From assembly GCA_964409335.1 (NCBI GenBank), contig CAYPCW010000001.1, positions 31,570-95,569 of the forward strand: a DNA stretch of 64,000 bases, given 5' to 3'. Every line of letters starts with the position of its first letter. The stretch's first letter is position 1. The DNA comes from an uncultured bacterium. GTDB lineage: Bacteria > Fidelibacterota > Marinisomatia > SCGC-AAA003-L08 > JACNLC01. Below are positions 1-8,964 of this stretch, one piece after another. The notes under the pieces are model-generated. The model did no database searches. It saw nothing but the letters and a program-made list of their open reading frames with translations, and was not told the DNA's origin. The position numbers were made by a program, and so were the translations under genes.

Positions 1-72
1 GACCCTTCGCGCGGTTTTCAGTAAAAAAGATTTGTCATTCGGCGACAAGTCTGATGGATGAAGAAACATCAT
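1..72 (-). CDS. 5' end (24 codons, runs off the window) of a putative AMMECR1-domain protein (AmmeMemoRadiSam system protein A)
   Basis: Too short for the ORF track. Minus-strand ATGATG at 72-67 opens MMFLHPSDLSPNDKSFLLKTARRV with no stop before the window edge. The LS-x-x-DK-x-x-LL-x-x-AR pattern resembles AMMECR1 N-termini. It lies 67 nt downstream of the Memo-like gene. Confidence 0.3.
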   Translation of the reverse strand, partial: MMFLHPSDLSPNDKSFLLKTARRV

Positions 73-139
73 TCTAGTGTGAAAAAAATAGTATTTTGTA
101 TCGATTTGGAATAGTCAACCATGGTCCAATCCACACCTG

Positions 140-961
140 TCATTCCCGGCTGCTAATCATCCAGGCGCCATACCCAACGACCTGATCGCGATGGCCTGAA
201 GTATCCCCGGAATTCTGTAGCGCCATTCGATGGATCACCATTTTATTTTCGGATGCAAATTTTAACGCCCCGCGTAACGCCCATATCCCGCATACGTCAT
301 GGTCATCCAATGACCGGTAATCGAATGCTTCAACTTGTCTCGCAGTTTGAGCATCACGCAGATTTGCCTCGGTGTATGAGAGATAATGGCTCAGATCCGT
401 GCTGATGACGATCAGGGTACCTTCGATTTCGGACAGTGCTGAAATCAAAAGCGCTACCTCCGAGACTCGGAGATCTCCCACGAGGAAAGGCAACAGACTA
501 AAACCGGAACACACCATCTGTAAAAAGGGTAACTGGACCTCAATGCAGTGTTCATCCTGATGAGCGGAGTCGGAGGTAATGATCGAATCCATCCGGGATG
601 TAAGTTGGCACAGGGACTCATTGTCGATCCGAATCCTGCCCAAAGGCGTTAAAAATGACCGGGATGATGGGATGGCAATTTTATTCAAATATACCCGGTG
701 CGGAGGACCGAGAACCGCAACCCGTGTGAATTTATTAACTCCACCCCGAAGTAACGAAAACGCCTTTCCTGCGACGGCTCCCGAATAGGTGTATCCTGCA
801 TGGGGGACAATGAGAATTTCTGGCGAACAATTCGCAGGAGGTAAATCTGTACCCAGATATCCGTTAATTAATTTTCGGAGTGCGCCCGGATGTGCCGGGT
901 AAAACAGTCCGGCAACTGTTGCTTTTCTTTCCTTCGCCAATTCAGATTTAATTGTGTTCAT
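140..961 (-). CDS. AmmeMemoRadiSam system protein B (MEMO1 family)
   Basis: 273-aa ORF with AGLFYPAHP near the N-terminus, VPHAGYTYSG and a later DLSH motif, which together are the Memo-family signature. TGA stop at 140-142. Confidence 0.8.
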   Translation of the reverse strand: MNTIKSELAKERKATVAGLFYPAHPGALRKLINGYLGTDLPPANCSPEILIVPHAGYTYSGAVAGKAFSLLRGGVNKFTRVAVLGPPHRVYLNKIAIPSSRSFLTPLGRIRIDNESLCQLTSRMDSIITSDSAHQDEHCIEVQLPFLQMVCSGFSLLPFLVGDLRVSEVALLISALSEIEGTLIVISTDLSHYLSYTEANLRDAQTARQVEAFDYRSLDDHDVCGIWALRGALKFASENKMVIHRMALQNSGDTSGHRDQVVGYGAWMISSRE

Positions 962-1132
962 GGGTAGATTTCCATTTATTGGTTATAATTACTAAATTGA
1001 CATCTCCTGTGTAATTCCCATTTAAACGGTTTATAAAATTAACATTTCCCCGATGTAAATACAACTTTCTGTACTTATAAACATTGGATTTCCCCTTTTT
1101 TCATTATCAGGGCAAGTCTTAAACTTGTCCTC

Positions 1133-2374
1133 ATGAAGAAAATAAAATTACATTGGCAAATATTTATCGCCATGGCACTGGGTATCTTGTTTGCCCTTTT
1201 ATTCCAGGAAAAGTCCACCGTGGTTTATCCTCTAGGCGATATTTTTATGAATTTATTGAAAATGGTAATCATCCCGCTGGTATTTACCTCGATCACTTTT
1301 GGCGTCGCCGGGTTAGATACGAAAAGTCTGGGCAGACTGGGTGCAAAGACTCTGGGTTATTATGCTCTCACATCATTCATTGCCATTATTATCGGGTTGA
1401 CGCTCACCAACTTGATCAAACCCGGTAGTGGTGTAGATTTAACATCCTCACAACAGAAATTTGATATCTCTCAGTTAAAAACCCCGGATTCCCTGGGTGA
1501 TATCCTAATGAGGATGATCCCTACTAACCCTGTTGCTGCCGCTGCGAATGGAGATATCCTGGGGCTTATTTTTTTTTCGATTGCATTGGGATTTGCTATT
1601 ACGCTGTTATCCGGGAAACCCAGACGGTTTATGCTGAACCTGTTCGAATATGGATTTGCAACCATGATGAAACTAACCCAAACCGTGATCAGATTAGCAC
1701 CGATCGGGGTGTTCGGCCTAATAGCAAAAGCCGTATCAAGCACCGGGTTTGATCTGTTTAAGGCAGTGGGTTGGTACATGGTCACGATCGCATCCGGGCT
1801 GACCCTGCATCTGTTTGTAGTATTGCCGGTTCTGTTCTATCTGTTCACGCGGATCAACCCGGTTCACCATTTTAAAGCAATGGCAAGCGCGATGGCCATG
1901 GCTTTTTCCACCAGTTCATCCGGCGCTACATTACCCGTTACGATGGATTGTGTTGAAAATAAAGTCGGGGCTTCCAACAAGGTAACCAGCTTTGTACTGC
2001 CCTTAGGAGCCACAATTAATATGGACGGAACCGCTCTGTACGAGTGCGCCGGCGCATTGTTTATCTCACAAATAATCGGGTTAGACTTATCTCTGACGAT
2101 GCAGATTACCATTGTCATCACGGCTTTTCTTGCATCTGTAGGCGCAGCGGCTATCCCCTCCGCGGGGCTGGTGATGATCTTCATCGTCCTCAATGCCATC
2201 GGCCTCGGTGATCGTCCCGAAGTTGCACTTATCGTCGGGACGATGTTGTCGGTAGACCGTCCTTTAGATATGTTCAGAACAACCGTAAATGTTTTTAGTG
2301 ACAGCATTGGCGCAGCCGTGATTGCGAACAGTGAGGGTGAAACAGGGCTTTATCCCGACAGAGAATCGGAATAA
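1133..2374 (+). CDS. dicarboxylate/amino acid:cation symporter (DAACS / GltP family)
   Basis: 413-aa polytopic membrane protein carrying the family motifs SSSGATLP and NMDGTALYE. Confidence 0.85.
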   Translation: MKKIKLHWQIFIAMALGILFALLFQEKSTVVYPLGDIFMNLLKMVIIPLVFTSITFGVAGLDTKSLGRLGAKTLGYYALTSFIAIIIGLTLTNLIKPGSGVDLTSSQQKFDISQLKTPDSLGDILMRMIPTNPVAAAANGDILGLIFFSIALGFAITLLSGKPRRFMLNLFEYGFATMMKLTQTVIRLAPIGVFGLIAKAVSSTGFDLFKAVGWYMVTIASGLTLHLFVVLPVLFYLFTRINPVHHFKAMASAMAMAFSTSSSGATLPVTMDCVENKVGASNKVTSFVLPLGATINMDGTALYECAGALFISQIIGLDLSLTMQITIVITAFLASVGAAAIPSAGLVMIFIVLNAIGLGDRPEVALIVGTMLSVDRPLDMFRTTVNVFSDSIGAAVIANSEGETGLYPDRESE

Positions 2375-2597
2375 TCTTTTAACGATATTTTTTAATTTAT
2401 CGAGGGAATGTGTAAATTAGCCCGGTTGTTCTTTCAAATATTGAGGACGGAGTTTATCAGAACTTTCAAAATAACTATATGGGTTTTTGCTTCTCAGTTT
2501 TTCAAAAGCATGCCTTGTCCTTCGGATTTAAGGATCCTTGCGATGATTGGACAATTTCCCACACTCTCGAATCCTTAAGGTGTCTGATAACCCGTCC

Positions 2598-3875
2598 TCA
2601 ACTTTTTTTTAGGCTGTTCATTACTGCAAAAACAATTGACTTCTTTCCCCGTACTCTTAAAATAATCTCATCATCCGTATCCTTCCGGGACAACACCGTC
2701 AGACCAGAGTAGATGCTATCTAAAATAGCGGTCTGTGAATACCTAATATTGAAAGAATAGGCGATATAATCTTTCGTGATAAATTGCTGAATGGCATTCG
2801 TCAGGTTATTCAATTTCAGTTGCCGTAGTGCAGAAATGAAAATAGCATTCGGATATTTTCTCTGTAATTGTCGAATGGTGGACACATCATTCAACTGATC
2901 GATTTTATTGAAAACATAAATAGAATCAATGGTATCAAGTCTGATGGAATGCAGAACGTCCTCGATAGTTTGAATGTGATGAGCGACCTGCCCGGAGGAA
3001 GCATCCACCAGTTTGAGCAACAAATTCGCTTCTTCCGCTTCTTTGAGTGTGGATTTGAAGGATGCCACAAGATCATGAGGCAGTTTATGGATAAATCCCA
3101 CCGTGTCACTGATCAGTACCTTTAGCCCGTTCAGGAATTCCATTTTTCGGGTGGTAGTATCCAGCGTGGCAAATAGTTGATCCTGAATGTACACGTTTGC
3201 GCCGGTCAGTGCGTTCATCAGAGTGGATTTACCGGCATTGGTATACCCGACCAGTGCAATTCTGAATTCACCTTCCCGGTTTTGTAATTGAACCGATCTC
3301 TGCTTATCAATTTTGGTCAATTCGGATTTTAGCTGGATAATTCGTTTGGTAATCAATCTGCGGTCAATTTCAATCTGTGTTTCACCGGGTCCTCCGCGGG
3401 TCCCGACTCCCCCCATCTGTCGTTCAAGGTGAGTCCACATACGGGTCAGTCTTGGAAGAAGATATTGAAGTTGAGCCAGTTCCACCTGTGTCTTGGCTTC
3501 CCGGGTTCTCGCATGTTTGGCGAAAATATCCAGAATTAGTCCGGTCCTGTCCAGAACTTTAATATCTTCACCTGCTATTTTACGGATATTCTTCAACTGT
3601 GTAGGTGAAATTTCATCGTTGAAAATGATGAGCGTACATGAGAGTTCCAGAGCCTGATTGACAATTTCTTTGACCTTACCAAAACCGATATACGTCGCAG
3701 CATCCACATCATTTCGTCGCTGGGTGAAGCATCCCACCACTTCAGCGCCGGCGGTATCTGATAATAGTCTCAGTTCATCTAATTCTTCGTTAATTCGCAT
3801 GACGGTATCATCAGACGGAATCAGGGCGACCGTAACAGCCAGTTCTCTATTATTGTTTTTTTGCGCCGTATACAT
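2598..3875 (-). CDS. hflX: GTPase HflX
   Basis: 425 aa. HflX-type N-domain followed by G motifs GYTNAGKST, DTVGF and NKID. Its start overlaps the upstream gene by 26 nt. Confidence 0.9.
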   Translation of the reverse strand: MYTAQKNNNRELAVTVALIPSDDTVMRINEELDELRLLSDTAGAEVVGCFTQRRNDVDAATYIGFGKVKEIVNQALELSCTLIIFNDEISPTQLKNIRKIAGEDIKVLDRTGLILDIFAKHARTREAKTQVELAQLQYLLPRLTRMWTHLERQMGGVGTRGGPGETQIEIDRRLITKRIIQLKSELTKIDKQRSVQLQNREGEFRIALVGYTNAGKSTLMNALTGANVYIQDQLFATLDTTTRKMEFLNGLKVLISDTVGFIHKLPHDLVASFKSTLKEAEEANLLLKLVDASSGQVAHHIQTIEDVLHSIRLDTIDSIYVFNKIDQLNDVSTIRQLQRKYPNAIFISALRQLKLNNLTNAIQQFITKDYIAYSFNIRYSQTAILDSIYSGLTVLSRKDTDDEIILRVRGKKSIVFAVMNSLKKS

Positions 3876-5874
3876 TTGATAAAAACATTTCTAAGATCAT
3901 GAATAATATAAACAACCCCAAAAACCATTTCCACAATTCTATGCCGGTGTGTGCCAGCTTGATCTCATATGATAATTCATCAGCGTCGTAGATGATCAAG
4001 AGGTTTTCTGTGAATTTTTCTTTCAGTTGAGAATCATCAAACTCGGGCGAGGTTAGTTCAGATTCCGGAATGCGAACTGCCAATTCAGCGAGGACCGTTC
4101 CTGCATTGTAAATACGATGAAATCCGGGCATTCTTAAGGTGCCTATAATCAGGCTACTGTCATCCGCAGGCTGTACTATTTCGGATGTTCCGTCCGGGAA
4201 GACATGCTGAAGAGATTGTGAATCCCGGGAAAACACTTGGGAAATTTCCCACTCCCCATCGGAATCAATCGGATTTGACATTTTCCCAACAGATGCAGAG
4301 TACAACAGTTTATGCCAGAACGGAATAAAACTGCCGGTTATCGGGAAGTTTGTCCAGCCTAATTCCATTGAAACGCCAAATACGTCAACCAGCCCATTCC
4401 TCATCTGATATCGGTTCCATACCGATTGATGATCGTCGACAAACATGAGCGAGTGATCATCAGTTGGCAATGAAATAAATTTGAACGCTTTTATCATGCC
4501 TTTATCGGCGCTGTTGATGGTCTGTTGAAACGCCTGCACACCGGCAGCATTGAATTTAAGTATCTGATACGCTTCCCCGGCGAGTACTGTGGCTGTCTCG
4601 TTTAGGCTTATACCAAACATATCTTGAAGATACGGCATCTGTTTCATATCCGAACCGGGTAAAAGGATCAGATGATGTCCTGATCTGACAAATTCAACGA
4701 TTTTTTGTTGGATATCGTCAGAGAGCTTCGAAACACCCTGCAGAATGAGGACATCCGTATTGCGAATATCCAATTGGTACCGGAGATCCTGTTCATTCCC
4801 ATATGCGATCTGAAAAAGATCTTCGCTTTGATTTAAAGCCAAGACGGCATTTCGAATAAACAGCGTCTCCTCGAACCTCGGACTGATCAGTTGAATGGAT
4901 ATTTTTTCCGGTAATGTTACGTGGAAATAAAAACGGTTATCTTCCATCCGGTCATCTGCGCCGAGTTCAACAATTCCCGCTTTTAACCCGGATCGGTGGA
5001 ATGCGGTTTGAAAGGTAAATTTGCTTGAAGCGCCCGCACCCAGGGAGATGACCTGCTGCCCTACATTAATATCATCAAATGAAAGTTGCAACAAGCGGTT
5101 TTCCGCTGTCTGATTCCCTGTATTGACAACTGTCACTTCAATATCAACCGGTGCATTGGAAATGGGAATTTCATTTAATACCTTCACATCCAATACGGCC
5201 AGGTTGTTCTCTAACCTCCCCAGCTTGAAAAAATAAGTGTTCCAACCGCGGAATCGATTCCAGTCCAAATCCCCCTGGATAAAATTTGATTTCTGCGCAT
5301 CTGAAAAGATGAATAATTCGTGGTTGAGGAATTCGCTTTTCTTAAGGTCTAATATATCTTCCATCACGGTATAATAATCACCCCCTGAAAAGAACGAAAA
5401 CGCCTCAAACACATTTTCGGGTAGATCCTTCTTCAATCCTCTGTAAATGATTCCTTTACAGAGCGATGCAACGATGATGGTGGAATTCTTTTCGATCATT
5501 TCCAGGGTGTGGTCAAGGGCGGATTCCATGACGGTTTCGCGGGACATCATTTCACTATTTCCCTTGGTGGAAAATGTATCATCCATCACGATAACAGATA
5601 GGGTAGACTCAGGATCATCAAACCACGTGAACATCCCTGAAAGAACGGGACGGGTAATCATGAGTACGATGAACAGAACCATCAGCGTTCGGATAATCAG
5701 CAAAAGAATTTGCAAAATTTTCAGCCTCCTTATGGACTCATGCTCCATTTTCTTTAAAAACCGGAGGGTACTGAATTCCACAACCCGGATATTTCTCCGG
5801 TTTAAGAAATGAATGATGACAGGAATGCTGATCAAGGGCAGCAGCCAGAGGAAAAGAGGTGATAAAAAACTCAA
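3850..5874 (-). CDS. large membrane protein with BatA-type N-terminal double-TM anchor and a degenerate vWA-like segment
   Basis: 674 aa. The N-terminus MSFLSPLFLWLLPLISIPVIIHFLNRR is typical of the aerotolerance BatA N-terminal domain. VIVMDDTFS resembles a degenerate MIDAS motif. There is a C-terminal TM helix. TTG start at 5874 is preceded by AAGGAAAG. Confidence 0.55.
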   Translation of the reverse strand: MSFLSPLFLWLLPLISIPVIIHFLNRRNIRVVEFSTLRFLKKMEHESIRRLKILQILLLIIRTLMVLFIVLMITRPVLSGMFTWFDDPESTLSVIVMDDTFSTKGNSEMMSRETVMESALDHTLEMIEKNSTIIVASLCKGIIYRGLKKDLPENVFEAFSFFSGGDYYTVMEDILDLKKSEFLNHELFIFSDAQKSNFIQGDLDWNRFRGWNTYFFKLGRLENNLAVLDVKVLNEIPISNAPVDIEVTVVNTGNQTAENRLLQLSFDDINVGQQVISLGAGASSKFTFQTAFHRSGLKAGIVELGADDRMEDNRFYFHVTLPEKISIQLISPRFEETLFIRNAVLALNQSEDLFQIAYGNEQDLRYQLDIRNTDVLILQGVSKLSDDIQQKIVEFVRSGHHLILLPGSDMKQMPYLQDMFGISLNETATVLAGEAYQILKFNAAGVQAFQQTINSADKGMIKAFKFISLPTDDHSLMFVDDHQSVWNRYQMRNGLVDVFGVSMELGWTNFPITGSFIPFWHKLLYSASVGKMSNPIDSDGEWEISQVFSRDSQSLQHVFPDGTSEIVQPADDSSLIIGTLRMPGFHRIYNAGTVLAELAVRIPESELTSPEFDDSQLKEKFTENLLIIYDADELSYEIKLAHTGIELWKWFLGLFILFMILEMFLSNVYGAKKQ

Positions 5875-5886
5875 TTAACTTTCCTT

Positions 5887-6465
5887 TTACAATAGCGTAA
5901 TTAACAGACCCGCGGTGATGGGGATCACAAGATTGTCATTCAGCCGGCGTGGCATGATGAGTTCCAAAATCGTACAAATAAACGATATCCCGATACTGAA
6001 CGGTACGATTAGCCCCGTATAGAAATAAAGAATTAAAAAGGTGACTAAAAAAAACGTAAATGATCATTCGAGAGATTTCTGTCCCATGCGCGTCGCCCCG
6101 AATCTTCGTCCGATAATTGCTGCCATCGCGTCACTCATGCCTAGGATGAGGATCGCTGAAATGGCGGTAATGGTATCAAATAACAGAATGGTGACAGATG
6201 CACCTATAAATGCATACGACGCACCGGAAAGCCGGGAAGCTTCTTCATTTCTCACCATCAAACCGAATAATCGCTTATACAGAAGACCCAGGGGCGCAAT
6301 TTTTAACCGAAGGTAATCGATAAGAATGTATATCACGGTGAGTATCAGGAACAGGATTTTAATGGTCTGTGGGTTCCAAATAAGCAGAGAAAAGACGGTG
6401 AGAGAAAGCGCTATATGTACAATCTTTCTGATCATCTCCCGTTTATAGGGTATCGCTTCAAACAT
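5887..6465 (-). pseudogene. CTP-dependent diacylglycerol/polyprenol (phytol/dolichol) kinase-family membrane protein interrupted by one in-frame TGA (6064-6066)
   Basis: The 133-aa track ORF ends ...GRRFGATRMGQKSLE-TGA. The same frame continues without further stops as SFTFFLVTFLILYFYTGLIVPFSIGISFICTILELIMPRRLNDNLVIPITAGLLITLL to TAA at 5887-5889. The joined ~192-aa product has the family layout (K-S-x-E-G-S, then E...DNL). The second segment exactly fills the gap to the next gene's RBS. Confidence 0.6.
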
Positions 6466-7111
6466 TCATCAGTTCCAGATACCGGTGTTTCCGGTCGGCG
6501 GCGGAGAACAACCCGTCACCAACCACTGCCATATCGGCGCCGGATGTAAATACTGATGCGATCGTCGTAAGATTTATGCCGCCATCCACTGAAATGATAA
6601 AATTTCGATCCGAACGGTGAGTGGCAAGATATTCAATTTTAGCTAATGCATCGGGTATGAATGTCTGACCGCCAAACCCGGGGTGCACGGACATGACCAG
6701 CACATGATCGACGATATCAAGATAGGGTTTGATCTTTCGAATATCTGTTTCAGGATTCAGAGATATCCCTGCTTGACAGCCCAAATCCCGAATTCTGATC
6801 AGGGAAGATTTTAACGGACCGGGGATCTCCACGTGGAGGATCACCGTATCCGCGCCCGCCTCAATAAATGGGTCCAGATACGCCTCTGGACTGAGGATCA
6901 TCAGATGACAGTCCAGCAAACAGGTGGACAGTTTACGGATGGCTTTTACGATAATTGGTCCAAATGTGATATTCTGGACGAAATGACCATCCATGATATC
7001 CAGATGCAATCGGGTTGCGCCCGCCTGTTGCACGTCGTATATCTCATCCTCAAGCCGGGCAAAATCTGCGGACAGCATGGATGGTGATATCCGTCGGGAT
7101 GGATTCTTAAT
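6458..7111 (-). CDS. rpe: ribulose-phosphate 3-epimerase
   Basis: SADFARL, HLDIMDGHFV and later Rpe motifs. The track ORF starts at ATG 7078, but the conserved ISPS residues are encoded just upstream. The proposed start is ATT 7111-7109 (see findings). Confidence 0.9.
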   Translation of the reverse strand: MKNPSRRISPSMLSADFARLEDEIYDVQQAGATRLHLDIMDGHFVQNITFGPIIVKAIRKLSTCLLDCHLMILSPEAYLDPFIEAGADTVILHVEIPGPLKSSLIRIRDLGCQAGISLNPETDIRKIKPYLDIVDHVLVMSVHPGFGGQTFIPDALAKIEYLATHRSDRNFIISVDGGINLTTIASVFTSGADMAVVGDGLFSAADRKHRYLELMNV

Positions 7112-7834
7112 TTATTTCTCCCTGCTAACGACAAGGTCAATCCTTGCCGGTATTGCGAGTTTCAACCCTGCTGTGAGACTCTGATCGATTATCGTGTCAT
7201 TGACGAGATCGTCGTGAACCTCATAGACGACATTCCCCACTTTCAGCCCTGAGCTGATGATCACTTCCTTCGCTTTTGTTAAGCTGAGGTTTATGAGGTC
7301 GGGGACTCTGAAAAAGTCCGGGGGGGTGCCTTTACTTACCATGAAAGTCATCTGAGTGCCACTTTTGACCAGTTTACCCGGTTTTGGTGATTGATAGGAA
7401 ATCAAATCATTCTGAAAATTCGGGTTAAATTCCTCCATAACCGTATCCACCACTAATCCGAGTCTCTGAACTTCTAGTATCGCATTGCGGATCGATACAC
7501 CGATAAAATTGGGGACACTCAGTTCTTTTCGTTCCCCCGCCAGGGTAAGAATGATGGTTCTTCCTTCCTTCACCTTTGTGAACGGTCTCGGCGACATACT
7601 GATGATCGTACCCGGTTCGTAATCCAAAGAAAAATCTTTCACGATGACCCTCGTATCATATCCCAATTTATTCAGTTCGATCTGAGCCTTATCCAGATAA
7701 TGTTCTCTCACATCCGGTAGATAATGTTCATTATCATACCCAACATACAAGGGCAGACCCACGTATTCCAACAGGATGAGACCCGCGATAACCAGAAAAA
7801 AAAATGTACCTATGTATTTAATTAGTGTCACCAT
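7112..7834 (-). CDS. membrane-anchored PASTA-domain protein (three PASTA repeats, no kinase domain)
   Basis: 240 aa. An N-terminal TM helix is followed by three ~65-aa repeats of PASTA type (VPD/VPN...G....A...L...GL...). Confidence 0.75.
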   Translation of the reverse strand: MVTLIKYIGTFFFLVIAGLILLEYVGLPLYVGYDNEHYLPDVREHYLDKAQIELNKLGYDTRVIVKDFSLDYEPGTIISMSPRPFTKVKEGRTIILTLAGERKELSVPNFIGVSIRNAILEVQRLGLVVDTVMEEFNPNFQNDLISYQSPKPGKLVKSGTQMTFMVSKGTPPDFFRVPDLINLSLTKAKEVIISSGLKVGNVVYEVHDDLVNDTIIDQSLTAGLKLAIPARIDLVVSREK

Positions 7835-7902
7835 ATTGTCACCGGATTAACCTGAAATCTGATGATGTTCATGAGCATAAACTTTAGCCCCGGTACGCAC
7901 GA

Positions 7903-8850
7903 TCAAAGCAGGTTGTCAGTCTCACGATGAAATTGCCAGCCGGGTTCAATGTTATTCCCCTTATGAAATTCCGCCACTGACATTTTCTGTCTACCGGGAA
8001 GCTGTATCGAACCGATCGATATTTGACCGGTAACAGTGCCGACGATTAACCTGTCTTTTTCAGGGGTAATCTCACCCGGATTCAATCTTCCTGCATGATC
8101 ATCAAAAACACAAGAGTTAAATATTTTTATCCGTTTCCCTTGTAATAGCGACCAGGCTCCAGGTTGCGGCGAAAACGCACGGATTTGATTATGAATTTGT
8201 ACTGAAGATGAATTCCAATTCAACTCAAGTTCGGATTTATCGATTTTGGGTGCGGCTGTCGCCTGTAAATTGTCCTGCGGAACGGGGATCAGTGTTCCGG
8301 AGCCAAGACCATCTAAAGTAGGTATGATCATTTCAGCCCCCAGACGGGACAATTTATCCCAGAGTTCTCCGCACGTTTCATTACCTCCGATGGGTACCGG
8401 CTGTTGTAAAAGAATACCTCCCGTATCCACTTGTTTTGCGATCTGAAATGTTGTAACCCCTGTTTGTTTTTCGCCGTTTAAAATGGCTCTGTGTATGGGG
8501 GCTGCTCCCCGGTATTTTGGCAATAGGGACGCATGGATATTCACCGCCCCCAATTCCGGGATGTTATATAAGGGTGGGGGCAAAATTTTAAAAGCCACAA
8601 CGACGATGATATCCGCGAAACAGTCTCTCAGCTGGTCTATAAATTCCGGGTGACGTAATGATTCCGGTTGTAAAACCGGATAACCCAATTTTAATGCGAC
8701 AACTTTCACCGGTGAAGGATGTTGCTTTAATCCTCTGCCTGACAGTCGGTCCGGTGTGGTCACAACCGCCACGATCTGGTGTTTCGAGTCATGAATGGCT
8801 GTGAATGCTGGTATTGCAAAATCAGGTGTACCCATAAACACGATTCTCAT
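7903..8850 (-). CDS. fmt: methionyl-tRNA formyltransferase
   Basis: MRIVFMGTPDFA N-terminus, HASLLPKYRGAAPI motif, and position downstream of def. Confidence 0.95.
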   Translation of the reverse strand: MRIVFMGTPDFAIPAFTAIHDSKHQIVAVVTTPDRLSGRGLKQHPSPVKVVALKLGYPVLQPESLRHPEFIDQLRDCFADIIVVVAFKILPPPLYNIPELGAVNIHASLLPKYRGAAPIHRAILNGEKQTGVTTFQIAKQVDTGGILLQQPVPIGGNETCGELWDKLSRLGAEMIIPTLDGLGSGTLIPVPQDNLQATAAPKIDKSELELNWNSSSVQIHNQIRAFSPQPGAWSLLQGKRIKIFNSCVFDDHAGRLNPGEITPEKDRLIVGTVTGQISIGSIQLPGRQKMSVAEFHKGNNIEPGWQFHRETDNLL

Positions 8851-8964
8851 TCAATAATTTCCTTCAGAGTGAAGTTTTCCATGAGATCACCAGACCATGA
8901 CTGCGATTGCACAGAGTGAAATTAATTGTGAAGGAGGAAGTTCGATGGTAACGATTAGCTCACA

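Noticed and set aside
6064-6066. Genome-wide UGA reassignment (UGA=Gly as in code 25, or UGA=Trp as in code 4) as the explanation for the in-frame TGA.
   Set aside because: TGA clearly terminates other well-defined genes here (Memo-like at 140-142, hflX at 2598-2600, fmt at 7903-7905). The prfB frameshift site also depends on UGA being an RF2-read stop. The event is local, not a code change.
6020-6066. Selenocysteine insertion at the in-frame TGA.
   Set aside because: The position aligns with an invariant Gly, not Cys. The sequence 3' of the TGA (TCATTTACGTTTTTTTTAGTCACC...) is AT-rich and forms no SECIS-like stem-loop. No sel genes are seen in the window.
7796-7804. Homopolymer tracts inside genes as phase-variation switches: A9/T9 at 7796-7804 in the PASTA gene, and runs of 8 in mutL, tilS, the YbdK-like gene and the kinase-like gene.
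   Set aside because: All are in frame and encode plausible Phe/Lys runs in an AT-rich genome. They are not concentrated in surface-protein 5' ends, and no frameshifted copies are seen.
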